A DNA stretch of 64,000 bases from an uncultured Gammaproteobacteria bacterium (GTDB lineage: Bacteria; Patescibacteriota; Patescibacteriia; Magasanikbacterales; JBBTQS01): contig OZ246400.1 in NCBI GenBank assembly GCA_965230935.1, positions 246,359-310,358 on the forward strand, read 5' to 3'. The stretch's first letter is position 1. Every line of letters begins with the position of its first letter. This document shows positions 46,453 to 56,284 of the stretch, piece after piece. The translations under genes were made by a program, and so were the position numbers. The notes beneath the pieces were generated by a model that saw nothing but the letters and a program-made list of their open reading frames with translations, was not told where the DNA came from and did not search any database.

Positions 46453-47667
46453 CTAAGCAGACGGGCGTTTCAGCCAGGTCCAAGGAACGGTAAATCGGCG
46501 ACTCTCACGCCAGATATACCCTTCCTCTTGTGCTCGGGAGATATATGCACGAATCGAATCAGTTGAAATTCCACCACCAAATGATTCTGGGGTCAGATGA
46601 TGATGATAGAAGTCACGGCCGCCGGTGGAATCCCAAAGATGAACCAGTCGGTCAGACCAAGGCATCTCGAGCCGGGTTACCTGTGGTGGAGATGGGGCCT
46701 TCAACCAGTAGCACGCATTCGGATGGTTCTCAGCGCACCGGATGTACCCTTCCTTGCGTGCACGGCCCAGGTACGATTTAAGAGTGCCTTTAGAAACGCC
46801 ACCACCGAACGATTCGGCGCTGATCTCATCTCGAGAAAAGTCACTTCCACCGGTAGACTTCCAAAAGTAAAAAAGCCGCAATTCCCAAGGAATTTTTTGC
46901 TTATTCACTCTACTGCGATGTCGATTTGGTTCTTCACCACGCACACTACTATCAGCAGTTGCACCAACGTTCGTAGGCCTAGATGAAGGTTTCTGACCGT
47001 ACGGGTGTTCGCCTATCAAGGCAAAACCAGAGACCGAGATGCTATACCAATCACCCTCAAGACAAGCGCCGGTCAAGCGGTCTTCGTCGCAGCGAGACAA
47101 CAACATGTGATCCAACAGCATATCCATTACATCACCGATCTGCTCAAAGCCCAGTTTACCGAGCTTATCATCAGTAGCGGTTCTACGAATTGCCTGCCGA
47201 ACCAAGTCTTCCGGGAACGTCGGAATCTCGTTTAGATGGTATCCTGTCTGCTCGAAGATGTGGTGCAACACACGACGTAGTGCTTCATCAATCTGCAGCG
47301 AAGTACTCACATCGCCATCATAGCAAACACCAGGACGGTACGGTTCCCCTTCCCGGAACCACCCAACGTGACTCCTCCCGATCATGTCAAAAGCCGATGC
47401 CGTCATCTGAAGACGACGGTTCCTTCTTCCCTTGTACCCCACACTACCACGTGTGAGCAAGAAACGCTCTTCCATCACCGCAACCAACTGGGCACGACTC
47501 TTCACACCTAACTGTCTTTGCAGTTGTGTAGGCAGCGCTTCGCGAATCCATTTCTTAAGCTGCGCTTGTGTGAATGTGCGACGAACGCCTCTCCGGTATC
47601 CTGTTTTGCGAAAAAGCGCTTTGACCACTTCACGAAGAAGGTCGTACTGCGCCTGATTTCTCTGCAT
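46453..47667 (-). CDS. GC-rich protein F (about 405 aa) with internal tandem roughly 65-aa repeat
   Basis: start placed at MQRNQAQ (ATG 47665-47667) because of the strong SD AGGGGGGAG; repeats WELRLFYFWKSTGGSDF...ESFGGGVS...EGYI and WSDRLVHLWDSTGGRDF...ESFGGGIS...EGYI. Confidence 0.7.
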   Translation of the reverse strand: MQRNQAQYDLLREVVKALFRKTGYRRGVRRTFTQAQLKKWIREALPTQLQRQLGVKSRAQLVAVMEERFLLTRGSVGYKGRRNRRLQMTASAFDMIGRSHVGWFREGEPYRPGVCYDGDVSTSLQIDEALRRVLHHIFEQTGYHLNEIPTFPEDLVRQAIRRTATDDKLGKLGFEQIGDVMDMLLDHMLLSRCDEDRLTGACLEGDWYSISVSGFALIGEHPYGQKPSSRPTNVGATADSSVRGEEPNRHRSRVNKQKIPWELRLFYFWKSTGGSDFSRDEISAESFGGGVSKGTLKSYLGRARKEGYIRCAENHPNACYWLKAPSPPQVTRLEMPWSDRLVHLWDSTGGRDFYHHHLTPESFGGGISTDSIRAYISRAQEEGYIWRESRRFTVPWTWLKRPSA

Positions 47668-47809
47668 TTTGATCTCCCCCCTAAGGGTCTTGTGTTGATG
47701 AAATTGACCAATTAGCTGAGTATAGTTAATCATTTTATATTATTTTGTCAAGAATAAATTAAGACAAATATAAAATTTACATATCCTTTTACTCCGTGTA
47801 CACTAAATT

Positions 47810-49132
47810 GTGAAACACATCAGTAACAGTATGAAAAAACTCCTAAAAAAACTCTTCCCCGAATCAGTTTGGCTCCTCTACCATCGCCTGCAAGCAACGT
47901 TGGCAAGTATTTGGTATCGCAATCCATCCAAATCACTCGTGATTGTTGGCGTAACCGGCACAAAAGGAAAATCCACAACATGCAACTTTATCTGGTCAGT
48001 CTTGCAAACCACGGGACACAAAACCGCGTTGACCGGCACGGCCAATTTTCGTATTGGTGGTCATGAGGAGCTTAATCCGTATCACCTTTCCATGCCAGGC
48101 CCATGGATTATTCAAAAGTTTTTGCGCAGGGCAGTCAAAGCAGGCTGCTCGCACGCCGTGGTTGAAGTAACGTCTGAGGGAATTAAACAACACCGTCACC
48201 GTGGCATTGACTATGATGTTGCTGTGTTTACTAATCTTACTCCAGAACATCTTCCGTCTCATGGTGGGAGTTTTGAAAACTATCGTGCTGCAAAAGGCCA
48301 GTTGTTTGCAACGCTTGCACGATCGTCCAAAAAATCAACGATAAAAGTACTCAACAATGACAGTGATCAAGTCGACTTTTTTGCTCAATTTCACTCAAGC
48401 AAAACCATTACCTATGGTATGCACCACCAAGCAGATTTGATGGCAACGGATATTGCGCATAGTGCTCATGGTGTACAATTTGTAATCGGTTCTGGACAGT
48501 ATAGTATACAATTTCCTGGCTATTTTAATGTAAGTAATGCATTAGCAGCGGTAGCAGTTGCCAGAGCGCTTGGTATCGGTGTGGATCATATTCGTGCTGG
48601 GATTGCGCATCTTGAAGGCGTGCCCGGACGAATGGAGCGCATTGACGCTGGGCAGAACTTTTCCGTATGGGTTGATTATGCTCATGAGAAAGAATCAATG
48701 GGTGGTTTGCTCGAAGCGCTTCATGCGATTCGAAAAGAAATGAGCCAAAATATTATTGTACTGCTTGGTGCTGAGGGCGGCGGGCGTGATAAAACCAAAC
48801 GCCCGATCATGGGACACCAAGTTGGTGAGATGGCTGACTATGTCGTGATAAGCAATGTTGATCCCTATGAAGATGATCCGCTCCCGATTATTGAAGACAT
48901 TGCGAAAGCAGCTGAAGAAAAAGGGAAAGTTCGAGATAAAAATCTATTTTGTATTGAAGATCGTCGTGCTGGGATTGCCAAAGCGCTATCACTTGCAAAC
49001 CCTGGCGATCTCGTGGCGATCACCGGCAAAGGAGCCGAACAATCAATCGTGATCGGTGGGGTCAAAAGTGATTGGGACGATCGAGATGTGGTTCGTGAAG
49101 AATTACAAAAGATGTCATCATACATGCTTTAA
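47810..49132 (+). CDS. Mur ligase family protein (MurE-like)
   Basis: VIVGVTGTKGKSTT P-loop; Mur ligase middle and C-terminal domains. Confidence 0.75.
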   Translation: MKHISNSMKKLLKKLFPESVWLLYHRLQATLASIWYRNPSKSLVIVGVTGTKGKSTTCNFIWSVLQTTGHKTALTGTANFRIGGHEELNPYHLSMPGPWIIQKFLRRAVKAGCSHAVVEVTSEGIKQHRHRGIDYDVAVFTNLTPEHLPSHGGSFENYRAAKGQLFATLARSSKKSTIKVLNNDSDQVDFFAQFHSSKTITYGMHHQADLMATDIAHSAHGVQFVIGSGQYSIQFPGYFNVSNALAAVAVARALGIGVDHIRAGIAHLEGVPGRMERIDAGQNFSVWVDYAHEKESMGGLLEALHAIRKEMSQNIIVLLGAEGGGRDKTKRPIMGHQVGEMADYVVISNVDPYEDDPLPIIEDIAKAAEEKGKVRDKNLFCIEDRRAGIAKALSLANPGDLVAITGKGAEQSIVIGGVKSDWDDRDVVREELQKMSSYML

Positions 49133-49153
49133 TCCAGATGTCAAGATAAAAAA

Positions 49154-49173
49154 CAGCTCACTTTCGTGAGCTG
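49154..49173. terminator. bidirectional hairpin between convergent genes
   Basis: CAGCTCAC-tttc-GTGAGCTG, with an A tract upstream (T tract on the minus strand). Confidence 0.55.
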
Positions 49174-49196
49174 CCTAAATATAAATCAACTTTTTA

Positions 49197-49502
49197 CTAT
49201 TTCTTGCCACCAAAATCCTCCCAATGCTTTTTCAAATATTCAGTGAGGAACTCCTTTACATCACCGGCAATGTGTTTGTGCTGCGCATATTCATCAACCA
49301 ACTTCTTCACCACACGATTGTAGGCTGCTTTGGTTGGTTTTTTCAGATCTTTCATGCGCTCTTGCGCCAGGTTCAACAATTCCTGAGCCTTTTTCTCAAG
49401 CTTTTTCTTGGTTTTCTTCCCTTGCGCAGTTTGTAAATACTTTGATGCAAACACACCAACAGCAAGACCTAACAACAGGCCCTTGCCAAACTTCTTTTTC
49501 AT
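49197..49502 (-). CDS. YtxH-like small membrane-anchored coiled-coil protein
   Basis: 101 aa; N-terminal TM GLLLGLAVGVFASKYL then a Lys/Glu-rich helix. Confidence 0.55.
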   Translation of the reverse strand: MKKKFGKGLLLGLAVGVFASKYLQTAQGKKTKKKLEKKAQELLNLAQERMKDLKKPTKAAYNRVVKKLVDEYAQHKHIAGDVKEFLTEYLKKHWEDFGGKK

Positions 49503-49511
49503 AGTGCGATA

Positions 49512-49916
49512 TTAGAGTGCTAAGGTTGCACCAAGTGAAAATGCGCCACCACCAAGTACATAGAGCATCAGCCCCAGTACAAAGAGCATAAGGTTGTAAT
49601 CATACCCTCCCTTAAACCCTTTTTCAAATCCAGTAACCGCAATTGCCACGATCATGATCATCGCGAGCAAGAACCCCCAAATCGGTGTCATAAACCCAAT
49701 GAGGACAAACAGTCCACCAAAGAATTCTACAAACCCGACAAGGTAGACGAAAAACCGTGGAGACGGAATACGTTTTTTCTTAAAAAACTTTGTAGTCTCC
49801 TTGACAGTCTTTGCGTCAAAGATCTTTGGGTAGCCGTGTGCCATAAAAATGAACCCCACGACAATACGTACCAACAATAATGATACGTGTACAGCCAATG
49901 TTGACATAAAGATCAA
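49512..49916 (-). CDS. DoxX family membrane protein
   Basis: 134 aa, 4 TM, DoxX-like pattern. Confidence 0.7.
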   Translation of the reverse strand: MIFMSTLAVHVSLLLVRIVVGFIFMAHGYPKIFDAKTVKETTKFFKKKRIPSPRFFVYLVGFVEFFGGLFVLIGFMTPIWGFLLAMIMIVAIAVTGFEKGFKGGYDYNLMLFVLGLMLYVLGGGAFSLGATLAL

Positions 49917-49940
49917 AAATGAACGAATTAAAAGTTATGA

Positions 49941-51179
49941 TTACGTGGCTTGAGTATACCACAGATGATAGGTATCTGCCATGGAATCCCAAGAAAAATC
50001 CTGCTGAACCTTTTGTAATGCATGTTGGATATATTGTTGACGCTTTTGCGGATGCTGAATCAAATCATCAAGTGCGTTTGTGAGTGCACTGATCGAACCA
50101 GGCGCAACCAATACCCCGGATTTACCATGATCCATCACTGTTGCGACTCCCGGTAAATCACTCGCAACACAAAATACTTGCGCTGCCATCGCTTCTAAAA
50201 GCACCAAACCAAAGGCTTCTCCCCTACCAATTGAGGGCAATACAAAGATGTCCGCTGCCCAAAACCACTGTGGCAACTCTTGATAATCAACTGCCCCAAC
50301 AAAATGAATGCGACTGTCAAACGAAGTGGTAAGTCGCTCATACACCGACCGTCTATCTCCATCTCCTACAATAATAAGTTGTGCCGGGCTTTTTACTTTG
50401 CTCCACGCTTGAATCAAGATATCCACACCTTTAAACGCATGAGCAGTATCTAACCCACCAACAAATAAAACCGTGGGTAACTGTGGATCTAAGCCATGCT
50501 GACGATAAAATTCATCTGCAACCGGTTGTCGTAAAAACCGATCGACATCTACACCAAATGGCGCTTCAACCACTTTTGCATTATTTGCTTTGAACCACTC
50601 CCCATTAGTATGCGCCTGTGCATATTCTTTGGTACTCACAAATACAGTATCAGCAGCGCTTAATATTTTTTGTGTATGGTGATGGGCATACCACCGCGCA
50701 TACAGACCACGCAATCCTGGAAGGTCCGGGTCCATGTGATAGGTCACAAAAAATCTTTTGCTTGGGTATTGCTTGCGCCATTTTGGCAACAGCTCTGCAG
50801 TAAAATAAAACGGATAATGTAAATGGACAATATCAGCATCTTGGAGCTGATCTGCTATTTTGATCCGCGCTGAATTACCATAATGAAAAGATGACCTGAT
50901 GCGATGAGTGATATATGTTTGCTCCGCTTCTTTTTGCACCGCAGACTCCGCCGTATTGCCGACAGTCGCCTTACCCGGCTGTGGCGACTGGAGGGAATTG
51001 GGCGGAGTCGGTGATGGAGAATACGCAGGAGCAAACACCTCAACATCATACCCACGCTTGGCCATCTGCTCAGCATGGCGTTTGGCAACATACCCAATAC
51101 CACCATGGTACGGTGGAAACACCGGAGTAATAATCGCCAAGCGTGGCATATTATTTGCTATTCTTTTTACGATACTCAC
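49941..51179 (-). CDS. family 4 (GT1-type) glycosyltransferase
   Basis: 412 aa; GT-B fold motifs (EAFGLVLLEAMA). Confidence 0.8.
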   Translation of the reverse strand: MSIVKRIANNMPRLAIITPVFPPYHGGIGYVAKRHAEQMAKRGYDVEVFAPAYSPSPTPPNSLQSPQPGKATVGNTAESAVQKEAEQTYITHRIRSSFHYGNSARIKIADQLQDADIVHLHYPFYFTAELLPKWRKQYPSKRFFVTYHMDPDLPGLRGLYARWYAHHHTQKILSAADTVFVSTKEYAQAHTNGEWFKANNAKVVEAPFGVDVDRFLRQPVADEFYRQHGLDPQLPTVLFVGGLDTAHAFKGVDILIQAWSKVKSPAQLIIVGDGDRRSVYERLTTSFDSRIHFVGAVDYQELPQWFWAADIFVLPSIGRGEAFGLVLLEAMAAQVFCVASDLPGVATVMDHGKSGVLVAPGSISALTNALDDLIQHPQKRQQYIQHALQKVQQDFSWDSMADTYHLWYTQAT

Positions 51180-51492
51180 TCAGTGCCTCATCGCGCACTG
51201 AGGAAGTGAGATGATCTTCCAATTTTTCAAGCCGGACAAAAATTTTGAAAATAAGGTAAAAAATAACGAGAATGGAAATATACGTTGCGGTGTCTACCCC
51301 CCGACCCACACCAATAACTTCGGCAATACGATCAAGCCACTCAGGCTGCAGAGCAAATGCAATCACTGATGCCCATATCACTACTGCTAATGATCCTAAT
51401 GCATGAGACAACTCCCGTTTGCGTACCCGGACAAACACTCGCGTGAGTGCAAACAGGGCAAAGAGAATAAAAATTACTTGAACAACTACCAT
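51151..51492 (-). CDS. small membrane protein (DUF2304-like) associated with GT2 genes
   Basis: 113 aa, 3 TM; the pairing with a downstream GT2 is typical of this family. Confidence 0.5.
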   Translation of the reverse strand: MVVVQVIFILFALFALTRVFVRVRKRELSHALGSLAVVIWASVIAFALQPEWLDRIAEVIGVGRGVDTATYISILVIFYLIFKIFVRLEKLEDHLTSSVRDEALSEYRKKNSK

Positions 51493-51495
51493 AGA

Positions 51496-52170
51496 TTACA
51501 AAAATTTACGTAAGGCAATCTTTGCTACCGTACGAAATCCACCTCCAAGACTTTGCCCCTTACTTAATGAATATTCAGTATATACCGGTTTAATGGGCAC
51601 TTCTTGGATATTCAAATTCAGGCGATGGACTTCACGTACAAACTCAGACGACACATCCATATGATTAGCACTGATGTGCAAGCGCCCCAACGTGTCTCGC
51701 GAAAATGCACGCAATCCTGATTGACTATCGCTCACCCATGCACCATGAAATACCCATGTAACAACATTTCCAATCCAGTTAAACACCCGCCGAGTCCATG
51801 GCATTTGTCCACTTTGTAAAAATCGGGAACCGATCACCATATCGACACTGTTCTCAATAATAGGCGCAGCAACGCGTGCAACATCTTGAGAATCATGTTG
51901 TCCATCAGCATCATATGTCACCACCACTTGTGCACCGAGCTCATGGGCAAGGGTGAGTCCGGTTTTAAGCGCTGCTCCTAATCCACGATTGATACGATGA
52001 TGCACTACATGCACGCCACACTCTTGTGCAATGGCACCAGTTGCATCTGCAGAACCATCGTTAACCACAATCACGCGCGATGGACTCACGCGTTGGGTAA
52101 GTTGCGCCAACACTGCTCCGATAACTGGAGCTTCGTTGTACGCTGGCATAACGACATACACCTGCTCCAT
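51496..52170 (-). CDS. family 2 glycosyltransferase
   Basis: start placed at MEQVYVVMPAYNEAP...VIVVNDGSAD. Confidence 0.8.
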   Translation of the reverse strand: MEQVYVVMPAYNEAPVIGAVLAQLTQRVSPSRVIVVNDGSADATGAIAQECGVHVVHHRINRGLGAALKTGLTLAHELGAQVVVTYDADGQHDSQDVARVAAPIIENSVDMVIGSRFLQSGQMPWTRRVFNWIGNVVTWVFHGAWVSDSQSGLRAFSRDTLGRLHISANHMDVSSEFVREVHRLNLNIQEVPIKPVYTEYSLSKGQSLGGGFRTVAKIALRKFL

Positions 52171-52180
52171 ACTCCGTAAT

Positions 52181-53194
52181 TTATAACCCGAGAATTTGCT
52201 TGTGGGCAATCGTATAATCAATAGTCTTAGTCAATCCGTCCTCAAGACGTACGAGTGGCAACCAACCAAGTCGCTCTTTGGCCTTAACCGTATTTGGCAT
52301 TGCGAGTGGCGACATAAATGGCAAAGGATCCTCATGTGTAATGGTTGAGGTAGAGCTGGTCTTAGCAATAATCATCTGCGCAACATCAACAATGACGTGA
52401 GACTCTGATCCACCAAAGTTTACCGGCCCCAATCCCGGACCTGACTTCATGAGCTTGGTCATGCCGTCCACAGCATCAGTAACATACATAAGTGAGGTAG
52501 TAAAACTATCATCTCCATATACCACCATATCCTTGCCCTCGAGCGCATCAACGATAAAATCAGGAATCATTTGACCATCAAATAACTTCATGCGTGGGCC
52601 GTATGTACGGAAAATTCGAGCGATTTTAACATCAATGCCATGTACTTGCTCGTATGTCGCTACACAAGTTTCTCCAAATCGCTTACCTTCATCATAACAT
52701 CCACGAGGAGATAAGTGATTCATGGTTCCTTCATGACTTTCTTCAAATGCATTCCCATCAGCTGGGCGCGGACCATACACTACCGATGAACTTGCATACA
52801 AAAACTTGGCTTTATACCGTACGGCAAGATCAAGCGCATTGATCACGCCAATGCTGTTGCTCTGCAAGGTGTTCATCTTTAAATCATCAAAATTCTTGGC
52901 ACTGGTTGGACACGCAAGGTGATAGATCTCCTGCACTCCTTGAAATTGCACTTTGAATTTCTCAAGCTCTGGAAACCTCTCTAAATCAAGCGGTTGATTA
53001 ATGTCATGCTTAATAAATTCAAAATTCTCAAATTGCATCAGGTGCTCGATGTTCTTGGCAGTACTGTTGGATAAATCGTCCAAACAGATCACTTTTGCGT
53101 CTTTAAGCAACTTTTCACATAAATGCGAACCGATAAACCCGGCACCACCGGTAACGAGCACATTTTTTTGTTCAAAAATAGGAGTTTCTGACAT
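52181..53194 (-). CDS. UDP-glucuronate decarboxylase (UDP-xylose synthase-like SDR)
   Basis: VLVTGGAGFIGSHL, YxxxK, UXS-like length. Confidence 0.8.
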   Translation of the reverse strand: MSETPIFEQKNVLVTGGAGFIGSHLCEKLLKDAKVICLDDLSNSTAKNIEHLMQFENFEFIKHDINQPLDLERFPELEKFKVQFQGVQEIYHLACPTSAKNFDDLKMNTLQSNSIGVINALDLAVRYKAKFLYASSSVVYGPRPADGNAFEESHEGTMNHLSPRGCYDEGKRFGETCVATYEQVHGIDVKIARIFRTYGPRMKLFDGQMIPDFIVDALEGKDMVVYGDDSFTTSLMYVTDAVDGMTKLMKSGPGLGPVNFGGSESHVIVDVAQMIIAKTSSTSTITHEDPLPFMSPLAMPNTVKAKERLGWLPLVRLEDGLTKTIDYTIAHKQILGL

Positions 53195-53256
53195 ACAATT
53201 GATAGTTGAAATCTAGGCGTATTGTACAGGAAATCGCCCACATATAGCAAGAAATA

Positions 53257-53285
53257 TTGACAGAAACTCAATTACTTACTACAAT
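53257..53285 (+). promoter_or_regulatory. sigma70-like promoter of cassette G
   Basis: TTGACA (53257-53262), 17-nt spacer, TACAAT (53280-53285). Confidence 0.6.
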
Positions 53286-53343
53286 ACCTTTCCATTGAAG
53301 GAAACAACACCAACCTCTAGTAGCGAAAGCTAAGGAGTCTGAC

Positions 53344-54021
53344 GTGCACACCAATCCGATCCTAACCGCTGCCTTGCTGATCGTGGCATTGACGTTGGCC
53401 GGGTGCGGCGGCCCGGAGCAGCTCGTCAACACCGGGCAGACGCATTTGATCCGCACCGGGACGGAGGACGCCGAACATCATCCCGCCTGCATCGACCTGC
53501 CGTTGCAAGTCAAGCAGGGTGAGCACATCACGCTGAAGCACGTCCCCGAGACGTCACAACAGCACGCGGTGTGCTATGTCGGCGATTGGGATGAGTTGTT
53601 TGGACGAAGCACCAGTGTGCTGATTAATCCTGCGCGGTATTGGCCGACCATCATTGACCTGAACCTGTGGTGGGACAAGGTGATGAAGGGTCAGAGCAAG
53701 CCGCAGCAGGGCTCTACCGAGAACCTCACCTACTGGTACGTCTTCGACAAGGGAGCCGTGTACAACGGCAGCATTCTCACGATCTGTACCAAGGACGTTC
53801 GAGAAAACCTCAAAAAAGGCGGCCACGCGTCGGTAGGATGGGGAGTCCAAATGACAACTGGAATGTCGGAGTTTTTCCTGCATGTTGTGAAGACGCTCAT
53901 CGAAAGTGGAACACTCGGATCTGATGCCACCATCGACCCGCTGATGCCGATCCCAGCGGCACTGGATGGCCTTGGTAAGGATCCGCGATTCTGCTCGCAG
54001 GTCTTGATCAAGCACAACTAA
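53344..54021 (+). CDS. GC-rich predicted lipoprotein G (225 aa, unknown function)
   Basis: GTG start after SD AAGGAG; signal peptide with lipobox LTLAGC; GC-rich codons. Confidence 0.7.
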   Translation: MHTNPILTAALLIVALTLAGCGGPEQLVNTGQTHLIRTGTEDAEHHPACIDLPLQVKQGEHITLKHVPETSQQHAVCYVGDWDELFGRSTSVLINPARYWPTIIDLNLWWDKVMKGQSKPQQGSTENLTYWYVFDKGAVYNGSILTICTKDVRENLKKGGHASVGWGVQMTTGMSEFFLHVVKTLIESGTLGSDATIDPLMPIPAALDGLGKDPRFCSQVLIKHN

Positions 54022-54037
54022 CAACTTACAACCACAA

Positions 54038-54071
54038 CGACCTGCACGTAATGCGGGTCGTTTGTATTTTT
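54038..54071 (+). terminator. intrinsic terminator of cassette G
   Basis: CGACCTGC-acgtaat-GCGGGTCG stem (one G-U pair) followed by TTTGTATTTTT. Confidence 0.65.
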
Positions 54072-54088
54072 AATTGTAATGGCTATTC

Positions 54089-56218
54089 TTATGGCAAAAT
54101 TCCCACTTGCAACCCCCCTCGATAAAATCGATCAAATGCACGAAATTCACTCAATAACTGCCCACTCAGCGAGAATACACGAACAAATGATTGTGCGCCT
54201 TTACCTGGACCAGCCACAATTGCGCCACGTGCTGCTGCAACATTGATTCCTCCACGAAATCCTGCATCCCAGGCCAAGAATAGATTTTGCGTCTGTGTAT
54301 TATCAAATGGACGTGTTGCAATATATGGTCGCGTACCAGGAGAAGCACCGAGTACAATATCGGCCACACCATTATTATCTACATCATCAAGTGCTAATCG
54401 TGGACGCGCAGACTTCATGTCAGTAATAATCCAATGATTAGCAAATGCGCCGTCTGCACTCCATGCTTCAATAAATTGATCATCCCCTTTTTGCTCGCTT
54501 ACAATTACTCGCGGCCTCCCATTGACCAACCCTGACCCCATATACATCCCGAATGGATACTGTCGCTGGCCAGGCGAGAACTTACTAAAGCGCTTCCCTT
54601 CGTGGGTAAAAATTTTGATAAACTCGGAGTCACCTGAGAGCGGCACTGCACCAATTTCAAATTTGCCATCCTTACCAACATCAATCACACTCACGCGAAC
54701 CCCGCGCGTGTCATCAAGCTCACCGACAAAAAACGATTGCTCGAGCTGACCGGTTTTCGAAAATATCCGAACCTCTGGCGTAGAACCAACTCCTTTTCCA
54801 ACAACAATCTCAGATTCCCCATCACCATCGACGTCACCACCTGCCAAAGTTACCCCACCAATAAAGTCATCTTCAAATGCACTAAACACGGTCTGCAAAT
54901 CTCCCTGACTATCAAATAGTTTGATCGTTGCAGATCGCCCATATTGCGGACCAACAATAATGTCCCAACCAAACGCCGACGGCGTTGGTGTAGCGATTAG
55001 CTCGATAGTTGGCGGACTGACCTCTGGTTCGTCTGTACCCTCTGGCTCTTGTACAACGTCTGGCTCGTCTGTAGAAATATTTTGCTGTGCCAACAATAAT
55101 GCAGCCTCAACATTAAGTCTGCCAGTCCCCATGTCAAGCGCCTTCAGTTTATTTTTATCGGATATATCATCAGTACTTTGTTTGATAAAACCGGTAATCT
55201 GCTCCGGAGTAAATGTTGGGTCAATCGATTTAATAAGCGCAGCCGTGCCACTAACCAGTGGTGCGGCAACTGAAGTGCCGCTCCATTGCCCACCATACGT
55301 CTGCGTAAATCCATCAGAAAGTGACTCCACTAAGGTGCTGGGTAAAAATTCACCTGGTGCACTCACATCGACGCATGCTGAACCATAATTTGAAAAGTCT
55401 GACAACGCGTCATTTTCATCAACAGCAGCTACACCAATAATCATGTCATATTTAATCACCGGATGGCGATAACATACCGGGTAATAGGGCTCGAAATCTA
55501 AATCTTTTGGGAGTTCATTCTCAAGTGCATTCCCTGCGGCTGCCACAATCGTAACTCCAGCGTTGTATGCATTGGTCAGTGCGGTTTGCAAATCACCAGC
55601 AGCAGCGTTTCCTACCAAACTCATATTGATAATGTCTGCACCTTGCGCAGTTGCATATTCAACTGCACGCAATGCCATGAGGGTATCCCCCACCCCGGTA
55701 CTGTCCAAAATTCGCAACGGCATAATGCGGACCTTCCAACTTACTCCAGTTCCAGCCGTGTTGTTGTTCCCAACCGCACCGATCAGCCCTGCCACAATGG
55801 TTCCATGGTTAAGCGCCACTTCATTAAAATCACCCGTGGTATCAGGACCAGGATCATTATCCTCAAACACAAAATCCCACCCATAATAATCATCAACAAA
55901 TCCATTGTTATCATTATCCACGCCATCATTTGGAATCTCAGCATCGTTAGTCCAGATATTGGCCGCCAAATCTGGATGGTCGACATCAACACCAGTATCG
56001 AGCACCGCAACGATAATCTCGCGATCTCCTCGAGTAATGTCCCACGCCCTCTCAAGTGCAATATTACCCCATGGTTTGAGCCGCATATACTGGGGATCGT
56101 TAGGTACAGCGGCCTGCGCAGTACTGCCAACAAACAAAAAAGTAACCGCAACTGTTGCGGTGATGAGTCTGAGCCATGTGAAGCCGACCAACCCTCTGGC
56201 CTTGAACAAAACAGTCAT
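54089..56218 (-). CDS. secreted S8 (subtilisin-like) peptidase with C-terminal FG-GAP/beta-propeller-like region
   Basis: signal peptide; catalytic D (VAVLDTGVD), H (HGTIVAG), S (GTSVAAP). Confidence 0.85.
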   Translation of the reverse strand: MTVLFKARGLVGFTWLRLITATVAVTFLFVGSTAQAAVPNDPQYMRLKPWGNIALERAWDITRGDREIIVAVLDTGVDVDHPDLAANIWTNDAEIPNDGVDNDNNGFVDDYYGWDFVFEDNDPGPDTTGDFNEVALNHGTIVAGLIGAVGNNNTAGTGVSWKVRIMPLRILDSTGVGDTLMALRAVEYATAQGADIINMSLVGNAAAGDLQTALTNAYNAGVTIVAAAGNALENELPKDLDFEPYYPVCYRHPVIKYDMIIGVAAVDENDALSDFSNYGSACVDVSAPGEFLPSTLVESLSDGFTQTYGGQWSGTSVAAPLVSGTAALIKSIDPTFTPEQITGFIKQSTDDISDKNKLKALDMGTGRLNVEAALLLAQQNISTDEPDVVQEPEGTDEPEVSPPTIELIATPTPSAFGWDIIVGPQYGRSATIKLFDSQGDLQTVFSAFEDDFIGGVTLAGGDVDGDGESEIVVGKGVGSTPEVRIFSKTGQLEQSFFVGELDDTRGVRVSVIDVGKDGKFEIGAVPLSGDSEFIKIFTHEGKRFSKFSPGQRQYPFGMYMGSGLVNGRPRVIVSEQKGDDQFIEAWSADGAFANHWIITDMKSARPRLALDDVDNNGVADIVLGASPGTRPYIATRPFDNTQTQNLFLAWDAGFRGGINVAAARGAIVAGPGKGAQSFVRVFSLSGQLLSEFRAFDRFYRGGLQVGILP

Positions 56219-56284
56219 TTTCGCTATAGTTCCTCCAGTTATTGATATATTTAGTATACGATGTAGTCCAGAGACTGTCTAGCT

